Shown: positions 51,920-64,000, counted from the stretch's first letter. The stretch is DNA of 64,000 nucleotides from Bilabrum cf. latius (GCA_965178125.1 OZ237749.1:372001-436000), one strand, 5' to 3'. A program made the numbers and translations. The notes: generated from the letters alone by a model not told the origin.

Positions 51920-52205
51920 TCGTAAATCCCCTGTTCACCTGGCATCTGGCAGCCGATTCACTCCAGTGTTGGCTGCAACTTGGCTTGCCAGCAAGAGATA
52001 AAGCCCAAGCTTCGGGGCGGGTGGCCGCATGATTTAGTGCACCTAAGTAACACATAGTGAATCTTTGCAGCAGTGCTGAGGTCAAGTCGCGACCTGGTTG
52101 GTCAAACAAACGGAGATACAATGGTTGCGTGCATATATAAATTCAGAAAACACTGCACTGTGGTACCGCGACTGCGAGATATCTATACGTGGCCCTAGTG
52201 TTAAA

Positions 52206-53012
52206 ATGTCCGATACAACGCAGCCAAAGCTTCAACGGTAAGGTTATATGTATGTTTTCGAGTGGTCCACTTTTGCCGTTGCTTTAGGTGACGCGATGCT
52301 TTGACATGTTCGACTTGGCTATGAGGAGCGCAGAGCAATTAGATATATTCTCAAGGAGCAAGGTATTGAACACTTCGATGATGGGGTCATGGAATAGCTC
52401 ATGGATGTCGCAACTGGATATGCGTCTGAGCTGCTCGGAGAATGCGACAGAGTTCGCAGATACTCTGGAATACCGACAGTAGACCGGTTCGTGGCCGAAA
52501 CTGCAACTGATCTCGTCTAGTAGCGATGTGTAGCACCTGCAGCGTCTCGAGAAGACTAGCTCGCGGAGGCATTGGCTATAAACGACCGTCCGTTCGTACC
52601 GAAGGTGTCAGTGTCTCCGGCATACCCGACAGGGAGCGCCTGCCTGCTGCCGGTGCTGCCTGCTTCCCAGGACAAGCCTGGATCAAGGGCACTAATTCAA
52701 TCAGATGCATCTTTGACATATACAAAAGAGTATTACTTGCTGGATGAGCACGTCAGAAATCTGCGCAAGGCTTGGAGAGTAGCTTGCGATATTGAAAAAG
52801 AGAAGCGAGATAGAGACGGAAGCGCCGGCGCTCGCCCAGCCGGCAGGGCACCCACGCAGGCAACGGGAGCTGCAAGTTTTGCACCGTCCCTGTAGCGAGC
52901 CAACGCTGCCACGCAGTCACCTGCTGGCTCGGCAACGTGGTCACCAGACACCGGCAGTTTGGACCCAACAGCCGGGGGGGCTCGGAGAGGAGGGACTGGC
53001 GCGCCTGGCTGA
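52206..53012 (+). CDS. TAF9: TFIID subunit TAF9 (TFIID-31 histone-fold), divergent (intron 52238..52333)
   Basis: The spliced product reads PKLQRAIRYILKEQGIEHFDDGVME*LMDVATGYASELL...SRED*LAEALAINDRPF. This matches the TAF9 pattern I..IL...G...Y/F...V..QL(L/M)(E/D)....Y...L ... RE.L...A...N..P. Five TAGs. Ends at TGA. Confidence 0.75.
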
Positions 53013-53301
53013 CCCCGGCCAAGTTCTAGCATCGAGTTGAAGCTGTTTCTAGCTTTGTTTAGGTTTTAGCTCTGAGCACCGATTGCCAGCCATGCAACAT
53101 GCACCGCACAAAATGCCTTATGCAGTCGTCACGACTGCGACTGCTGCGCTAGCATGCAGCCTCCGCACACTGTGTAGAGGGTATTTCTATCATCGCGACC
53201 GTCACGTGTTTCGATAAACAACCAATCAACCCAACTCGTGGTCATCAGTACTCTCACACAGCGGTGTTTGGCACTGAATGGCAGCGGCAGTTTAGTTGAA
53301 G

Positions 53302-54741
53302 ATGTCTGATACATCCACCCAACAGGATGATGAGGATCTCCTCGCTGAATTTGATGATTTACTTGACAATACAACTGCTCATTCTGGCAGTGTCGTTGCA
53401 GGTGGCACGCCTGTGGCTGCGGCTGCAGATATCCAGCAGCAGCCTATCGGGGCTTCCTCTGCAGCCTCCACACTGGCGCCGGCAGGTGTACCACGAGTTG
53501 CCACAGCTGAAGAGGCTAACGCCGCATTCAACTTTGACCCGGACGCTGCATTGGCTGAAAGTCGCGACCACGTGAGAAGGTCAATGCTTTTGAATCCGTT
53601 GCAACTGTCCCGTGTGAGCGAATGCAATTCTAACCTTGGCACCACTAATACGTCGCAGTTTGACAGATTATTTGCAGCTGCGGTCAGCCAGCGGCGAGGT
53701 GATGGCTCCAACGGGGCCAGGCTGGTACCGAATGCAGGTTCTCCGCCGTCCGACGCTGCGGGCCTGGCTGTTCCAGCCGTATTGCCCGGCGGTGCATCAA
53801 GCTTGAGCCAAGGCTGCATGCAAGCTGACGCTGATTCTGACGATGACGAGGACGCCGCGACGCGGTCCATCCGAGCGCAAGCAGCTCGGGCAGCCTCGGC
53901 ACTCGGGCAGGCGCAAATGGAGAGGCGCAGGGCGAGGGAGCAGATCCGCAGCGGGGCACGGGCGACGGAGCGAGCCGAATTCGATAGGGCAATTTCACAA
54001 GCCGGGAGCGTTTGGGAGGTTGAGCGGCTCCTGAAGCGCCGCCAGGAGCAGCAGCGCGTGGACCGCGAGGCTGCGTTCGAACGCGTGCGGGCGGCTGTGG
54101 CAGCTACCGATGTCGACTTCGAGCATGTCCGGGACGCCGCCACAGCTGCCGGTGGCTCCGAATAGGCAGTGTAGTCTGCCGTACTTGCGACCACCATGCG
54201 CAGAGCAGCTGCCATACGGGCGAGCACCTAGCAAGAGCTCGCCGACGCAAGAGCAGTTTCGAGTGAAACGCGAGCCCGTGCACAGGAGGCTGCCCCGAGC
54301 GGTACTCCCTCCGGCCGCGCTGCTGCTCCTGCTGCCACCGCTCGGGAAAGGGGAGAAAGTACATTGCATCGCGACGGCCAAGCCTCTGGTTCAGGCTGCT
54401 AGATGGGCTCTGGGATGCAACACGTTCTCGCTGGCATCGTTGGCCGCAGAGGCACCGAGGCAGACACCCCATTAGGCAGCAAACCTGAGGTGGGCAAACC
54501 TGAGGTGGGCAAACCTGACGAAGCGCCATTCTCCGGCGAGTCCGTCGATGGCTCAGGTTCCACAGGCCCTTGTCGCCCGGAGAGCCTTGAGACGGCGCTC
54601 GAGGAGGCAGACAGGAGGGTCCTCGAGGACACAACAGCGAGCGCGGATAGGGTGCATGGCGCGGTGCTGCGGCAGATCCAGAGCGCGTTCTCCGGACCCG
54701 GAGTGGAAATCGAGGGTTTGGCCGTCGGAGAGTCGGGCGAG

Positions 54742-54779
<38 letters not shown>

Positions 54780-55257
54780 GGGCGACGGTGGGGATCCTGT
54801 GAGCGCTGCTGCTGCTGCTGCTGCTGGTGGTGGTGCTGGACAAGGACCGTAGCGTGTGGGTGGGCCAGCGGGTGATGAGGGCAGGGTAACAGCATTCGAC
54901 ACCGCGGGGGGGCAGGGCCTCGTTGGATTCCTCGATGAGAGGCAGGGCGCGGCACTGGACCAGCTGCTGGACGAGCTCGGGGTTCCCGTTCCTGGTGACG
55001 ACTAGTCTGGAGCCGTCATGACAGGAGCCGAGGATGTAGGTGGCGGTGGGCTGACTGATGGCGGAGCCGCGAGGCAGGGTGGGTCCTCTGAGCTCGCAAG
55101 CGTTCTTGCGATGTTGGAATAGGAAGCAAGGGGGTCTAGCCGGGCGCGCAGTGCGCGGAGATCTACCGGCAGGACCCCGGCAAGGGGTGCTGTGGATGGC
55201 GCGGATGTGTATGCGGCATCAAGCTCGGGAGCCAGTGAGGGCAAGTCGCCCCAATAA
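53302..55257 (+). CDS. Uncharacterised Ala/Gly-rich protein, about 650 aa
   Basis: MSDTSTQQDDEDLLAEFDDLL... continues in one frame through about 6 TAGs (54163, 54172, 54400, 54850, 55003, 55120) to TAA 55255-55257. Confidence 0.7.
54742..54825 (+). repeat. Two (GCT)n poly-alanine microsatellites
   Basis: Directly visible. Confidence 0.9.
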
Positions 55258-55521
55258 TTCGTCAGTTCAAAGTGAAGTAGCTATTTAGAGCAAATACGTC
55301 GCATCTTTCAGACAGATCGCAAAAGGCCACTGAGCCGCAATTCGTGCTGTGGCAGTCTTCATCCGGGATCTAAGCAAGCGCCCAGGGTCAGCGAGGCGCC
55401 GAGGCGTCGCAGCAGAGCTGAGTAATGCTACCTCGAGAGCGACGGGCAGCCAAAAAAAGTCTCCAGCACACAACAGGCCAGAATTCACATGAAAATAGTG
55501 ACCAAGCGGTGGAAAGCGGCG

Positions 55522-57641
55522 TCATGTGTTCATACCCTGCGTCCCGTAGGTGGTCGTCCCGCCCCTGCCCATTCCTGAATCCTTCCCATCTCGTAAAAAA
55601 CGCTGGCCCCCACCGGCTGTCCCCGCATCTTGCGGAGACGGCCCGGATGAGGGCGAGGACCCTAGGCGGGCGTCAGCCTGCCTGGATCCGAATTCCATGC
55701 CTGCGAATGCAGGATCGTCAGTGTAGTCCAGCCCGTTCAGGCTTCCTCCCAGCGAGCTGTCAGAGCTGTCACGCCTGGGACCCTGCTCAAACGACTGCGG
55801 CTGCGCCTTACCACCATCCCCGAACGTGTCGCTGAAGAATCCCTTGCCGGATTGATTACCGCCGGCTCCCTGATTCCTCCCAAATCTGCGCTTCGGCGAC
55901 TCGTCCGCAGAGACCTCCTTCACCTTGGTGCCAGCTGCGGGATTCCTCACGTCCACCACCACCTTGTCCCCGTCAGAATCCTTCTCGGGCCTGAACTCGG
56001 AGAAGACCTGAGGGATGGGGTTGATGAGGTCCTCCTGTGTGAACTTGTCGATCGTCGACTGGGGCAGCTTCTCCACCTTTGAGAAATCGGCGCTCTCGAT
56101 CGTGCGGTACTGCTTGTAGATGTACCGCATCGGCAACACGCTGAATGCCAGCGTGTTCACGATCGCGCTGGCGACGGCGAGGAGTCCTAGTGACGTGACT
56201 AAGTTAATAAGAAGAGTGGGAATGTCCCACTGGCCCACGAGCCCCGTCTGCTTGACCACAATTCGAAGCCCGTGCCTGTCGATGATCGTCCTGTTGATGT
56301 CCTCCACACCCGGCTCCGGCGTCAGCTCCTCCCCCTTGTACTCTGCATTCTTGACTCTCTGCACCCTGATTGTGTAGGTGATATTATCCTCCTAGAAGGT
56401 CTGCTCGTTCGAGTATTCGATGGAAACGACGAGGACGGCCCCAGCGTATCGGATCGTCTCGTTGTAGAGATCAAAGTCCTCTGAGCTGCTCGCCCGGGCA
56501 TCCAGATCCGGGATGCCTGCGGCCTGCATGATTGTGTAGACGGGGATGATGTCTTTCTTTCCCTTGATCCCGACCTGCACAGTGTCTTTGTCGCACTTGC
56601 TGGGCTCGTTCAGAACCTTGTCGTACACGTCGCAAGGATCCAGCCAGTCCCCGTCTTGGTTCACGATAGCTCCGCTCAGATCAGCAGAGGAGTACGACAG
56701 GTCATATTCCGGGACCGACATGGTATGGTCGATCCACACCGTGAAGAGCTCCGGCTCGCCAAGGTAGTAGGTGGCCTGGTACACGGTCTTGTACCCGCAC
56801 TCTGGCCGCTCGAGGCTGTTGCAGTCGTCGTCGAACTCGTTCGAAGTCAAGTTGGCGATTCGCTCGTGGTCATTCTTGATACGAGTAGCCAAAAACGTCG
56901 CCTCTGCGGGTCTTATGGTGATATCATGGGGGTGTGCGAATTGTCAATAGTGGTACGCGTTGCAACGGAGTGGATAGAGGATGAGGTAGCTGCAGCAAAC
57001 AGGCACAGGCGGGCCAGCAGCAACCGGTGTCTCCGGCAGCGCTACGGCTTCAGGCTCCGGAACCAGATGCCTCACCTTGTTCAATAGAAGGATAAATAGC
57101 ATCGTTACCGTCCAAATACCGGCACGGCGCCATGATTTCAGTTTGCCCTGGGTTGCCCCCATGGATCGGGTACACCCCACTGGTCTGGTTTGCCCCGAGG
57201 CAGTACTCTAATTCCTCCGGAGGGCGAGCTACCATTCTGCTTGTACTTGGTCGTTGCAGCTGCAGCCTTGCTGTTCCAGTCACCTGGGCAGTCTTCCTGT
57301 ACCCTTTCTGGAGGACGACATTGAACCCAACCTGCGACGCTGGTGTACAAGGCATGCATGCGCTGAGGCAAACTCTAGGAAGCAGAAACCATACATACAA
57401 CCAATCAATATCATCTGTCCGGTTTCTGGGTATGGCGGCAGCAATTAACGGCAGTCTCGCAGAAATGCCACGCCGAAGTTTCCCCAGAACTGCTCCTCAC
57501 GACGTAACCGAAGATAAGAACCATAAAGGTCAGGTTCAATATACCGAGCTTTCTATCTTTGACCCGTACGAACCTTTGCGTTTCATAGGCAAACACTTCA
57601 TCGCAGTCTTGGCCGCAAATCGTATCGCAATTGCAGCTCAT
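55522..57641 (-). CDS. P2X: P2X purinergic receptor (ATP-gated cation channel), introns 57332..57500 and 56904..57075
   Basis: N-terminal FAYETQRFVRVKDRKLGIL (YxTxK/R motif), TM1, QKGY, FLATRI, ELFTVWIDH, RYAG..V.I.Y.N, RHGLRI..QTG..G.WDIPTLLINLVTSLGLLAVA and YKQY. GTGAGG donors and GCAG acceptors restore the frame. One TAG at 56392. Ends at TGA. Confidence 0.92.
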
Positions 57642-58015
57642 GGCTTGGGAAGCACCTGCGCACCCCAAGATTCCTGCACCTTGGCCAGGAGCAAGATCGA
57701 TTCAAGGCAAAACGAAATTTACTGGTATGCCCAGTAATGCCCTGAATGAGCTCTGGTACCTGAAAGCCTCAATCAAACTGAAGTACAAGCTTGCGCCGAA
57801 TCCGTCGCAAAAGTGCAACGAACCCGGTGCAGCCAACGGAACTTTCGGCACCGGGGACCAAGACGCATCGGAGACGGCGGAATCAATTAAGCGCCCAGAG
57901 ACTCGGGTTCCATAGACCACTTGGATATTCGAGCATTCGGTTACGACGCTTTGGGCATGCCACTGAAGCTCTAAACACATCATTGCACGATCAAGCCTGA
58001 GGCTCGAAGCCATCA

Positions 58016-61000
58016 TCAAGCCGAGATCAGCTTGAGCTTGTCTCCATCGAGGCAGCTGGGATCCAGCGGCGCCTTGGAAATCACCGTAAGCGTAAAGCGC
58101 GCCTCCTCCCCCGGCGAGAAGGTGGCTGGACACACCGTGAGAGGCGATCCCTCTGGCTTTAGCTGCCCTTCCACAGACACCTCCCTGGCATACTGGAAGC
58201 TTCCAGTGCGCAGCCTGATCTTGGAGTTGTACCGCATGCGCTTGCCTTCGTTCTGCACAACCACAGCCCCGATCGCGTATTCGTAGTCCCTGCCGGACCC
58301 CTCCTCCTCGAGGATGCGAAGGGACAGGAACACGGTGCAGGGCTCCGACACCTGAAGCAGGTACTGAGGGTTCTTGAGCACTGCCGCGGTATTGGAGCAG
58401 CCTCCCGCGGTTTCACCCTTCCACTCGCCTGATGTGTGCGTGACGTGCCAGTCGCCGCCGTCGCTGATTGGCCTGTAGATCCGGCACACGTAGATCGTCC
58501 GATAGTTCCTGCAGAAATCGCTCCACTGCATGCACCACTCGCCATCGTCACCGCTGCCTTTCGGGTCATGATCCATCTCCCGCTTCAGCCTCGTGGTCCA
58601 GCGACTCGTGTCCGTGTCGCTGAATCGGCCCTTCCATTCGGTCTTGCCGTGGGGATTCCTGACCTTGAGCATGTGCAACTTGTTGCCCCTCCCATCGTCT
58701 GCGTCCTTCACGGCCAGGATAGAGAAGGCGTGGCCCTGCACGATACCCATGGTGTTGACCGTAGTGTCGCTGCCGCTGTGGCTGCCGCACGCCAGCAAGT
58801 GTCCGTCCTCGCTCAATTGCTTGACACGCAGCCACAGGGAACCGTCCGCGATCTCCTTCTTCGAATCGTCGAGGCTGATGCTCTCCCCGTACCCGCCGGT
58901 CAGGTCGGCCATGGCGTTGTGGCTCTGCCCGCCATCGATCGACTTGTAGCTGCCGTAGAACTTGGCGTAGGCTTTTTCGATTAGCATGGGCCACAGCTCC
59001 TTGGTGCGAGACTTGAGGAGCAGCGGCTTCGGCACGTATCCTGGCTTGTAGAACATCGCCTTGGAATCGACATAGATCGGCTGGAACTCCCCATTGAAGG
59101 CGAATCGGAAGCAGTAGACGCTCTTCTTGGTGAGCTTCTTTGTGATGAGCAGCCGCTCGATGAGCTCCGGATGGACCGCGCACGTGGCGACGGCAGCGAC
59201 GAACCAGCAACTGCGGGTAGAGAAACGCAAGGAGCGGCAGAAAGGTACACATGTAGCGGCCGCAGAGTACTGGCTGCATGCAGCTTGTGGTCGATGAATG
59301 CCAGTTGCGGGTGCCCAGCCAAGTAGGCATGCACGAAGGCGTGCGCGTAGCAAAGTCTCACTCTCCCAGGCTGCCTTGTACCAGGTCATCCGGGTCGATG
59401 CCCCCCTTGATCATGCCAGCTGCGAATCAAGTTGAAAGAGAAGGCACAAATATCAGTGATGTGCGGCATGTGTGCAACTAAATGGAAAAGCGTTGGCGTG
59501 GCGTAGCGACCACGCAACCCGAGCTTGCCATTGACGGACGGGTCATGGATATCCTAGGATTCTCACGCGTGTCATCTCCTCGCTTCACGAACCTCGAGTC
59601 CTCGAAGTGCTCCCACTCGCCGTACTCTGCCCAGCGCTTAACCATGCTGTCCTTCTTCGGGTCGGCACCGAACGTCTTGGCTCCGCTAAACTCCTTGTCC
59701 TCCCAGCGCTTCCCCGCCGGCACGGTGCCCTCCATCCTAGCAATCTCCTGCTTGATTTCAGCTTCCTGCTTCTTCAAGAAATCGCTGGTCTTGGTGGCCA
59801 TCTGCTGCCTCTTCTGCTCCTTGGCCTTGGCAGCCTGGTCGGCCTTCCGGCGGCGCTCGGCCTCCTCCTCCTCCTTCTTCTTGCGCTCCTGCTCGGCGGC
59901 ACGGCGCTTCTCCTCCTGCTCACGCCGGCGGCGGGCGAGTTCCTCCCTCTGCTTGCGCATGCGTTCCAGCCGCTCTCGCTGCTCCTTGAGCTTCTTCTCC
60001 TTGGCCTCCTACGCCTGGCGTCGGGCCTCGGCCTCCTGCTACTGGCGACGACGCAGCTCGTCCAGCTGCTGCTGCGAGGCGCGCTTCTTGGCTTCGTCTT
60101 GCTCCGCTTCGTGGCGGCGCCGGGCCTCGGCCTCCTCTTCCTCGAGCTTCTTGCGACGAGCTTCCGCCTCGGCTTCCGCCTTCTTGCGCGCCTCCTCCTC
60201 CTACTTTCGCTTGCGATCCAGCGCATCCTGCTCGCGCTTGAGACGCTCCTCCTCCTCCTTGGCTCGCTTGGCAGCCTCCTCCGCCTCGCGCTCCTTGCGA
60301 CGGCGCTCCTCGAGCTCCCTGCGGCGGCGGTCTGCCTCCTCCCTGGCCTTGCGCTTCTTGGCTTCGAGCGCCTCCCGCGCCTTCTGCCTGCGCCTCCTCG
60401 TGGCCTCTTCCTCCTCCTTCTTCTTGCGCTCCTGCTCGGCGGCCTCCAGCGCCATCTGCACGTCAAATGTCTCCATCAGCTTCATCAGCCTGCGCATCCT
60501 GTCGCTGGCCTCCACCTGTCCCAGCTGCGTGGTCCAGTACGTCTTTAGAGAGGCGCGAGAGCGGAGAGCCCGGGCGAGCGAGTCGGCCTCCAAGGCCAGG
60601 GGGCTGTCAAGATCCAGGGACTGCGCGGCGCGCTGCATGGCAACCAAGATGGTGAGACCCTGGTCGCGGATGTGCGGGGCTGCCTTGTCCGACAGGATCC
60701 ACCGCATGAAGTCGTCCCAGTGCATGCGCGAGTCGACCACTGCAGCGATGCCTGCGTGCGTGATGGAGGAAGCTGCGCCTGCCAGCAGCCTCCACTCTTT
60801 TGCGGCCACCCTGTACTGGCATGTGTAGGCCGCCTTGAGTGCCTTCTCGCCCAAAAGCATGGCCTGAAGAGGATCCTGAAGGGCACCCTCTACCGCGCAT
60901 ATGCGGGAGATGTGCCCGAGCTCCATGGGCGCGGCGTCTTCGGCGCTGATCAGAAGGGACATGTGCGCCCATCCGCTCTTGCGGCGCTTCTTGTTGTTGC

Positions 61001-64000
61001 CGTGCATGGGGTTCCGCACGTCAATGGCACCCGGGTGAGCTACCGTGGCATCGTCCACTGGCTCATCAGCGTCTACGTGAGCAGCCGCCGCGGCCCCGCC
61101 ACCCTTCTTTGCTTCGCCTGATTGGCTGCCTGGTTCGGTGGCAGATCCCGTCACTGGTTTGGAGCCCTCCCCCGCCTGCTTCGCTGACTGGTTCCCTAGC
61201 GCGTGCTGCACGACCCTGGATGCGAGCTGGATGGCCTTCATCAGTTTCGACTGAGCGGCCGCCGGGACCTTGATGTCGGATGCACCGAAGGAGTCCTTCT
61301 TGCTCTTGCTCTTGCCCTTGCTTCCACCGCTCTTACCACCCTCGGCACCCTCGGGTTTCTGGGACGCGGACCCACCCTCCTCGCCGGCCTTGTTGCCGCC
61401 AGCAGACGAGGAAGAGTCCTCGTCGCTGCCGGTGCTGCTCTGCACTGGGACCTTCTTGCCATCGGGCCCGTCGTCGTTCAGGATCTCATCGATGCAAGGG
61501 AGTGCGCGGTTGACGATACCCACCGCTGCGTACACCTCGGAAAGCGCCGACTCGATCTGGATCAGCTCTGCATCCAGGGCGATGGAAGGCAACACCTCGA
61601 CGCTGGAAGGCACCAGTGAAGTCCTCTTCGCCACAGCGCCACTGGCCTGATCCTCGGATGAGGCCTGGTTGAACAGCTTCTCCACCAGAGTTACGGGCGC
61701 CCGGGTCTTGCTGGCGTCATCGGGCCCGGCCGGCCCCTCAGCCGTTCCCCTCACCTCGCCCCCAACCACAGCACTCTCGTCCTCCAGCTGTCCCGAGCGG
61801 TTCATCGCATCGGACAGGAGGGCCGAGACTCGGTGCTTCTTCTGGTCGCTCCGCTGCGCCGTTCCCGCCTTGGACGACTCACCGGCCTGCTCCAGGGCCC
61901 CAGACCACTGCAAGATCGCCTCTCGCATCAGCACGCGCAGGCTGCCGGTGCCCTGGGCGAGGCTCTCGCGAGCCGAGGAAGAGCTCTTCTCACCCTCGGC
62001 ACCTTCACCAGCCACGTGAGCCGAGCTGATCTGCCGCTTCCGCATTATCCTGGCGTGCTCCTCGTCGATCAGCTCGCATGCCTCGTCTACCATCGACTCG
62101 GTGCGCCTGACTGCGTGCAGCGCTGTCAGCACTCCAAGCGTGGTGCAGATGACGGCAGCCATGACACCGAGGTAGGAAGGACTGACCACCATCGCAAATG
62201 CGAGGCCCCACACAAGGCCCATGGCTAGGCCAGCCACGATGGAGATGAACGGAGTGTTGTCCTCGACCAGCTCATCGGCTTGGAGATCGTGCCTGTAGGC
62301 AGGGAGCACGAACGGGCTGAACAGGAGCGGACCATCAGCCGCAAGCCCGCGACCCAGCGAGTCTTCCGGCGCGCGGAAAGGATCCGCACTGAACACGCCT
62401 GCTCGCAGCAGGCTCATCACACCATACCCAATCAGAAGCACTGCAAGCAGCCACCAGCTGGCCGACAGGCACGCCACGATCACCGCCAAGGAGCCATCCC
62501 TAACGTAGAGCACGGCACCGACGACGATTCCGGCGACGACAAACAGCATCACGACGCCTCCAAAGGCATAGTTCACGGCGGGAGGCAGGTAACCGTTGTG
62601 CGCCAGAGCGTATACAATCGTGCAAGTCACAGCAAGCCCGAACAGGTAGGCGACCAGCACACCGGCGGTCACGGCGACGTTGTTGAAGACAGCGTTGGAT
62701 GCCGCGATAAAGCCAATGATAACCAGCTGCGAGATCAGCAAGCACATGTACACGAACGTCGCAGATTGGGACTTTGACTTCTCCTTGGCCTCTTTGAGCT
62801 CGTCGCGACGCACGGCCGACTTGGATCTCGTCAAGTCGCTCGGCCCGTCGCCGCCAGCGGCTGGCTGGTTGCTAGCTGCAGCGGGCTTGGGCCGTAGACA
62901 AGCGAACATGTTGAAGAGAACTCCGGGCGCGGTCACACCTGGCAGTTGCCACTCCTCGTCTGACCACTTGTAGGCAGCAACAAGCGAAAGGATGAGCGCT
63001 GGGTACAGGAAGAAGGCGAAGAGAACAGCCAGCAGGTTCGTCCCGGCTCCTTCCACGTTGTCACTGTTCTGCTGGCCGTAATCAGCCATGATCGGGATGT
63101 GGCAAGCGGCGTGCAATGCACCGGCAATCACGAACAGGAGAATCTGCACGATGCGCAGCTCCAGCAGACCGAAGTACATGCGGACAGCCACAAAAACGGT
63201 GGCCGAAGCAAGGAGCATGCCGGCGGCATACCACGCCCAACGAATCGGCTTGAGACCAACAGCCACCACAGATGCAAACCCGACGAGAATACCGACTAGC
63301 AGAAGCGTTCCAACCAGCATCATGGTGTTCCTGAGCTAGTTTGCGCTCAGAGTACACGACTGCACGTCCTGCATGATCTTGCCGACAGAAGGCAGCTTCA
63401 GCTTCTTGGCTTCTCCATCCTCGTCGCCGAACTTTTTCTTCGTGTCCTCGTCTTCAGGCGTAGGCTTCTCGTCCCCCTCTTTGTCGCCAGAGTCTCCCCC
63501 GGCAGCACCGCCTCCAGATGCAGACGCCGCGGCAGCTCCTCCCCCGGCACCGCCAGCATCTTTGTCGGCCTCTTTGTCCTTCTCACCCGAGTCATCCTTC
63601 TTGGGTTCATCTTTCTGAGGTCCCTCTTGTTCATCGTCTTCGTCGCTGTCGCCATTCTTGGCCTTGCCATCCTCGTCGTCCTCGGTGACCTCGATTCGGC
63701 CGCACATCGTGTTGGCCGCACAGCAGCAGGGAAACCAGCCGTACCCGCCAGGAAGCACCACCGAGTAATCGTCCGACTGCAGCTGCCCGTACAGCGCAAG
63801 GAAGAGCACGTAGGCTGCGGGCAAGAAGCAGAGCGAGCCCAGGATGATGTACGAACGCGTGGCCGCAAAGAGCATGCCACCGAGACCGGCACACCCGACT
63901 ACGAACACCACCGCAGTTACCCTTGTTCCCAACGACACGATCCGTCCGCGGTCATGCCTCAGGAAGAAGTGCAAGAAGAACAGCCCAAAGCACGCCAGGA
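58016..64000 (-). CDS. Multi-transmembrane calpain (DEK1-like): TM region, coiled coil, CysPc and C2L domains. The 5' end is beyond the window. Introns 59420..59566 and 59211..59361
   Basis: Splicing gives DDLVQGSLGDCWF (catalytic Cys), LWPMLIEKAYAK, GIVQGHAFS (His), KVRNPHG (Asn), and C2L motifs GEWKGETAGGC..NPQY and PATF.PG. Many hydrophobic helices lie upstream. TAGs at 63336, 60201, 60039 and 60009. Ends at TGA. Confidence 0.92.

Noticed and set aside
1-64000. In-frame stops as pseudogenisation or sequencing error
   Set aside because: Host-gene interruptions are only TAG, with no frameshifts. Catalytic motifs and splice sites are intact in many unrelated genes on both strands.
1-64000. 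Ciliate-type code 6 (UAA and UAG both Gln), or an all-stops-reassigned code
   Set aside because: TAA and TGA were not seen inside host exons, and both end genes at the expected C-termini (for example eIF4E at TAA and RPL41 at TGA).
1-64000. Pyrrolysine, or phage/prokaryotic amber recoding
   Set aside because: Spliceosomal introns and eukaryote-specific genes (VPS13, TAF9, P2X, eIF4E) show nuclear DNA. TAGs are numerous, sometimes adjacent, and no pyl genes are present.

Overview
This is a GC-rich, very gene-dense eukaryotic (protist) nuclear window. It has short GT-AG introns and about 17 protein-coding genes: a coiled-coil protein, a GH130-like glycosidase, an ELWxxDGT-like surface protein, a GT41 glycosyltransferase, an ODF3/SHIPPO-like protein, an eIF4E-like protein, MAPEG, CNNM, RPL41, DGAT2, an EF-hand/ARM protein, VPS13, TAF9, an Ala-rich unknown, a P2X receptor and a DEK1-like membrane calpain. 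It also holds a decayed non-LTR retrotransposon. The main result is a non-standard nuclear genetic code. About 100 in-frame TAG codons (manual count) interrupt otherwise continuous, conserved reading frames, while all 15 complete genes whose ends I could trace stop at TGA (12) or TAA (3). TAG falls on the conserved Gln of TAF9 and on Gln-favouring positions of an EF-hand loop and a C2H2 finger. This points to UAG=Gln with UAA still a stop, a rare uncoupling of the two codons. The supplied ORF track is fragmented for this reason. I cannot identify the organism. The style resembles a heterotrophic flagellate such as a bicosoecid, but that is only an impression. Family calls come from recognising motifs by eye, not from database searches.
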